A DNA stretch of 62,672 nucleotides, the filler included, from an uncultured bacterium (GTDB lineage: Bacteria; CAZDME01; JAYEMH01), in assembly GCA_964506785.1 (NCBI GenBank). It is 3 parts of 3 records of this genome, joined end to end, with 100 filler letters (N's around TTAATTAATTAA, not from the genome) between each part and the next. Parts side by side here need not be neighbours in the genome. Positions count along the whole stretch, not along the records: positions 42,078 to 62,672 come from CAZDME010000021.1; 2 more parts are not named here. One strand, written 5' to 3'. Positions 59,689 through 62,672 of the stretch are shown here, in pieces (position 1 is the stretch's first letter; each line of letters opens with the position of its first letter). Both the position numbers and the translations under genes were made by a program. Under the pieces are notes generated by a model, which did no database searches, was not told the origin of the DNA, and saw nothing but the letters and a program-made list of their open reading frames with translations.

Positions 59689-60428
59689 TGATGCCCTCCT
59701 CCATATTCATACTGCAAGATGGATAAAACTGCCAGGGCAGCGGTATCGGATTTTAAAACATTCGCACCCAAGTTGATTAAATTAAAGCCGCTAAGTTTTG
59801 CCTGTTTTATTTCCTCGGAAGAAAACCCCCCTTCCGGCCCGATAAGAACCAAAATATTGCAAGGCCTGCCTTTATGCCTAATATTTCTTTTAAGCGCGCC
59901 TCCTTCGGAGCTCAAACAGAAGAACAAAACCAAATCAAACTCCGCTATTTTCCTTAAAAATTGAGAGAATTTAATTATTCGGCTGATTACCGGCAGACTG
60001 ACCCGGCCGGATTGTTTAGAAGCGGAAACAGCAATTTTCTCCCAGCGTCTTCGGGCCGCCTCGGCCTTAGTTCTATTCATTTTCACCACCGAGCGTTGAG
60101 TCTCCAAGGGGAAAATTTTATCCACTCCTAATTCTGTCGCCTTCTCCACCAGATAATCCATTTTTCCTCTGGCGGGAATTCCCTGGGCCAAAGTTATGCT
60201 TGGCTGGTTTAATCTTTTTACCTTTTTCCTGGTTAAAATTTTCACTATTGCTGATTTTTTCCCTTCCTCAATTATTGGGCCTTCATAGCTATTGCCCTGT
60301 CCGTCAAAAATAGCTACTTCGTCCCCTTTTTTCAGCCGCATCACTTTAAGAAGGTGATGGGCCTCTTTCCCTTCGATAAAAATTTTATCGTCTTTGACAC
60401 TTTCCGGAGGTGAAAAGAAACGGCTCAT
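59679..60428 (-). CDS. rsmE: 16S rRNA m3U1498 methyltransferase
   Basis: HHLLKVMRL, KATELGV, IGPEGGFS. Confidence 0.93.
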   Translation of the reverse strand: MSRFFSPPESVKDDKIFIEGKEAHHLLKVMRLKKGDEVAIFDGQGNSYEGPIIEEGKKSAIVKILTRKKVKRLNQPSITLAQGIPARGKMDYLVEKATELGVDKIFPLETQRSVVKMNRTKAEAARRRWEKIAVSASKQSGRVSLPVISRIIKFSQFLRKIAEFDLVLFFCLSSEGGALKRNIRHKGRPCNILVLIGPEGGFSSEEIKQAKLSGFNLINLGANVLKSDTAALAVLSILQYEYGGGHQWR

Positions 60429-60940
60429 TTCTTCTCCCATGTTTTCATAATCCCTTTATAGACCTTATCGAAGTTATCCTTGGTAAGCTCAAAAATCTTT
60501 AACCGCGGGCAAATCTTTAAATTCTCGGCGAACTCGTTTTTACTTTGACTCACTACTGCTAAAACCCTTTTGGGGCTATTTAGAGACTTAACAACCTTAT
60601 CCTTAAAGTTATGAGAAAATAATTCCATCTTTCCGATTTCATCGATAATGACTATCCCCTTACTGCCAATAGCCTGACTAACTGCTTTCACGCCCACTCT
60701 TTCTAAATCGGCGAGATTAACCCCATATTTCCCGACGCGGAATTTACTTCGATATTTTTCCCGGGCTAACTTTCCTTTCTCTCCGGATAAGGAAATAACA
60801 TCGAATCCGATTCGTCCTTTTTCTTTTCTTACTTCTTGAGTATAAAACCCCCCGGCGCTGCCACCGTAAAAATTAGCTATTTTTTTTATCAGCGTTGTCT
60901 TCCCAACGCCGGGTTTCCCGGTAATAAAAATATTTTTCAT
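60425..60940 (-). CDS. NTPase_1 (THEP1/UPF0334) nucleoside triphosphatase
   Basis: ITGKPGVGKTT, GGFYT, RVGKYGV, IDEIGKME. Confidence 0.88.
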   Translation of the reverse strand: MKNIFITGKPGVGKTTLIKKIANFYGGSAGGFYTQEVRKEKGRIGFDVISLSGEKGKLAREKYRSKFRVGKYGVNLADLERVGVKAVSQAIGSKGIVIIDEIGKMELFSHNFKDKVVKSLNSPKRVLAVVSQSKNEFAENLKICPRLKIFELTKDNFDKVYKGIMKTWEKK

Positions 60941-60995
60941 AACAGAAAAATGAATTGCAATTCGGTTTCTCGTAAAATGCTGGGTAAATAAAAAG

Positions 60996-61325
60996 TCAAG
61001 GTATTTCGTGGCCTTCTATCGAACAGGTAGGCTTTTCACCTATGGTGTTTAGGGAATAAGTGCCTTGGGAAGGGCATTGGGGCCTTAATTTAATGAAGTC
61101 CGGGACTATATCGCTAAAACATACCGTATCGCCCGGCGATAATTTTGCCGAGGCAGCAAATCTTTCGAGGGCTTCTTCAATCTGTTTAAGGTTGGATATA
61201 CAGGTTATTCTCTCAACTTCCCTTTGAGTTTTTATATAGCTGGGGACAGCAATAACCACTAAGAGAGCCAAAATAGAAAGAACAACTAAAATTTCCAGCA
61301 GGGTAAACCCCGACTTATTTTTCAT
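60996..61325 (-). CDS. type IV pilin-like protein
   Basis: Prepilin motif KSG/FTLLE, hydrophobic helix, C-terminal Cys pair. Confidence 0.85.
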   Translation of the reverse strand: MKNKSGFTLLEILVVLSILALLVVIAVPSYIKTQREVERITCISNLKQIEEALERFAASAKLSPGDTVCFSDIVPDFIKLRPQCPSQGTYSLNTIGEKPTCSIEGHEIP

Positions 61326-61329
61326 CCTT

Positions 61330-61911
61330 CTATGCTCTCAGTTTAAAATTGCTATTGGCTGCCTTCAATTTCTCAACAAGCCTTTTGATTTCATCAAGAT
61401 TACTCGAAGAGCTAATTTTTTCTAATAACTCGCGGTTATTTCTAAATTCTTCATTAAGCTTTTTAGTCAACTCTTCCAGAGAATCAGCCAGAGACTGAAA
61501 TTCGTCATTTTTTCTCAGCTTGGAGACCAGAGTCAAATCCCCTTTCGCCATAGCCCGGAGGTTATGTTCGAGCCGATAAACCGGGCCGGCAATTTTGTGG
61601 GAGACAAAGATACTGGCTATGGCAATTAAAAAAGCTAAAAAAATAAGCTGGCCAACCAGGCAGAAATTGGCGTATTGAAATACACTTAGCAAATTCACAT
61701 AAATTGCTTTTTCAAGGAAAAACCGGCTGATTAATTTCCAGTTAAAAATATAGATCCTGTAAGTAACTAACAGTATGATAGTGCACATGCCCAGGAAGAC
61801 AGCTATAGCAAACTTTAATTGGAACGGCTTTTGTACAAAATAGTTTTTCCTTCTAAATAGCTTCTTCCCATCAGCAAATGATTTCTCCATATTCCCCTCT
61901 CCTTCTTTCAT
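61330..61911 (-). CDS. two-TM HAMP-domain protein
   Basis: RRKNYF..FQ, SHKIAGPVYRL, GDLT..LRKNDE. Confidence 0.75.
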   Translation of the reverse strand: MKEGEGNMEKSFADGKKLFRRKNYFVQKPFQLKFAIAVFLGMCTIILLVTYRIYIFNWKLISRFFLEKAIYVNLLSVFQYANFCLVGQLIFLAFLIAIASIFVSHKIAGPVYRLEHNLRAMAKGDLTLVSKLRKNDEFQSLADSLEELTKKLNEEFRNNRELLEKISSSSNLDEIKRLVEKLKAANSNFKLRA

Positions 61912-62062
61912 ATATAAGGATTTTATAGCATAAGTGGGGTTTAGTCAATAAAAAAATCTCTTGCCTAAAATCCGAGAAAAGGAGTAAAATAAATAAACGA
62001 TTAATGTGGTAATTATAAACGGTGAATGGGAACCGGTAATATTTTAACAACTTGACAAGGAG

Positions 62063-62461
62063 GTGAAAATTATGGCTAAGTTAGCTCAAGAATTATTAGT
62101 CGCCACTCCCAATAAAGCAGGAATGCTGGCCAAAGTCTGCGGCACTATTACTGCCGCCGGAGCAAATATTACCGCTATCTGCGCTTATGTGGTGGCCGAT
62201 GAGGGTTATTTCCGCATCATAAGTTCGGATAATGCCAAGGCAAAAACTGCCTTAGAGTCTTCAGGATTCAGAATTACTGAAAACGAGGTAGTCATCGCCG
62301 AGTTAGAAAATAAGGCGGGAGCCGCCAAAGAGATGGCGCAAAAATTAGCCCGGGCAGGAATTGACTTGAAAAATATCTACGGGACTACCAGCGGGACTGG
62401 TTTAGCTACCCTCGTTTTTACCGCCGATAATAACCCAAAAGCGGTTGGGTTGCTAAATTAG
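62063..62461 (+). CDS. tandem ACT-domain protein
   Basis: NKAGMLA...GANI and ENKAGAA...GIDL repeats. Confidence 0.85.
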   Translation: MKIMAKLAQELLVATPNKAGMLAKVCGTITAAGANITAICAYVVADEGYFRIISSDNAKAKTALESSGFRITENEVVIAELENKAGAAKEMAQKLARAGIDLKNIYGTTSGTGLATLVFTADNNPKAVGLLN

Positions 62462-62672
62462 AGGCGGGAAATAAAATCTTTGAAATTCTGCATCTTTAGG
62501 GAATTTGCGGCTGCTTCATCCGCATCTTTCAGAAGCTTCTGCAGGTATTTTTTTGCCTGGTCATCTTTTAAATTAAAAGAGCTATCGCCATAAGTGCGCA
62601 AAACCTCAAGGACCTCTTTGAGTAAAATTTTCTCTATGGGCTTGGCCGGCTGATAATTAATTTCCTCGCCTT
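62458..62672 (-). CDS. 3' end of a CDS, possibly the winged-helix C-terminus of a YihY/BrkB-type protein
   Basis: Open frame GEEINYQPAKPIEKILLKEVL...FISRL* from the window edge. Confidence 0.5.
   Translation of the reverse strand, partial: GEEINYQPAKPIEKILLKEVLEVLRTYGDSSFNLKDDQAKKYLQKLLKDADEAAANSLKMQNFKDFISRL

Overview
The window is not contiguous. It joins three contigs (1-21086, 21187-41977, 42078-62672) with two artificial 100-nt N spacers that contain TTAATTAATTAA, so adjacency across the gaps is meaningless. The source is a diderm bacterium (lolCD, lnt, porins), probably anaerobic (nfnAB). The missing rpmD, the ilvE-mcsA-mcsB-clpC order without ctsR and the chlamydial-like porins suggest a PVC-related candidate lineage (inference). 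Contig 1 has three tandem chlamydial MOMP-like porin genes (one missed by the ORF track), sugar and tRNA genes, and the S10-spc-alpha ribosomal cluster from rplD to rplQ, including an unannotated rpmJ and an adk that appears to start at ATT. Contig 2 has the uvrC end, nfeD-SPFH, a decayed mnmG remnant, nfnAB, a PurF homologue lacking Cys1, ccdA-tlpA, lonC-hisF, an unexplained GT2/phosphorylase/ParB/SPL-like radical SAM/hydrolase operon, and pdaD-speE-speB. Contig 3 runs from a pilin through rsmE, secA, lnt, prfB (programmed +1 frameshift), lysS, lolCD, ilvE, mcsAB and clpC to an AsmA-like gene. Two non-genic signals are notable. A palindromic element (CCCCGTTAGAAA...TTTCTAACGGGG) occurs once intergenically and three times in frame inside genes (nfeD, speB, secA). 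About ten intra-operon spacers are filled with degenerate 7/8-mer tandem arrays, often arranged as inverted arms. No rRNA, tRNA, CRISPR array or transposase was recognised.
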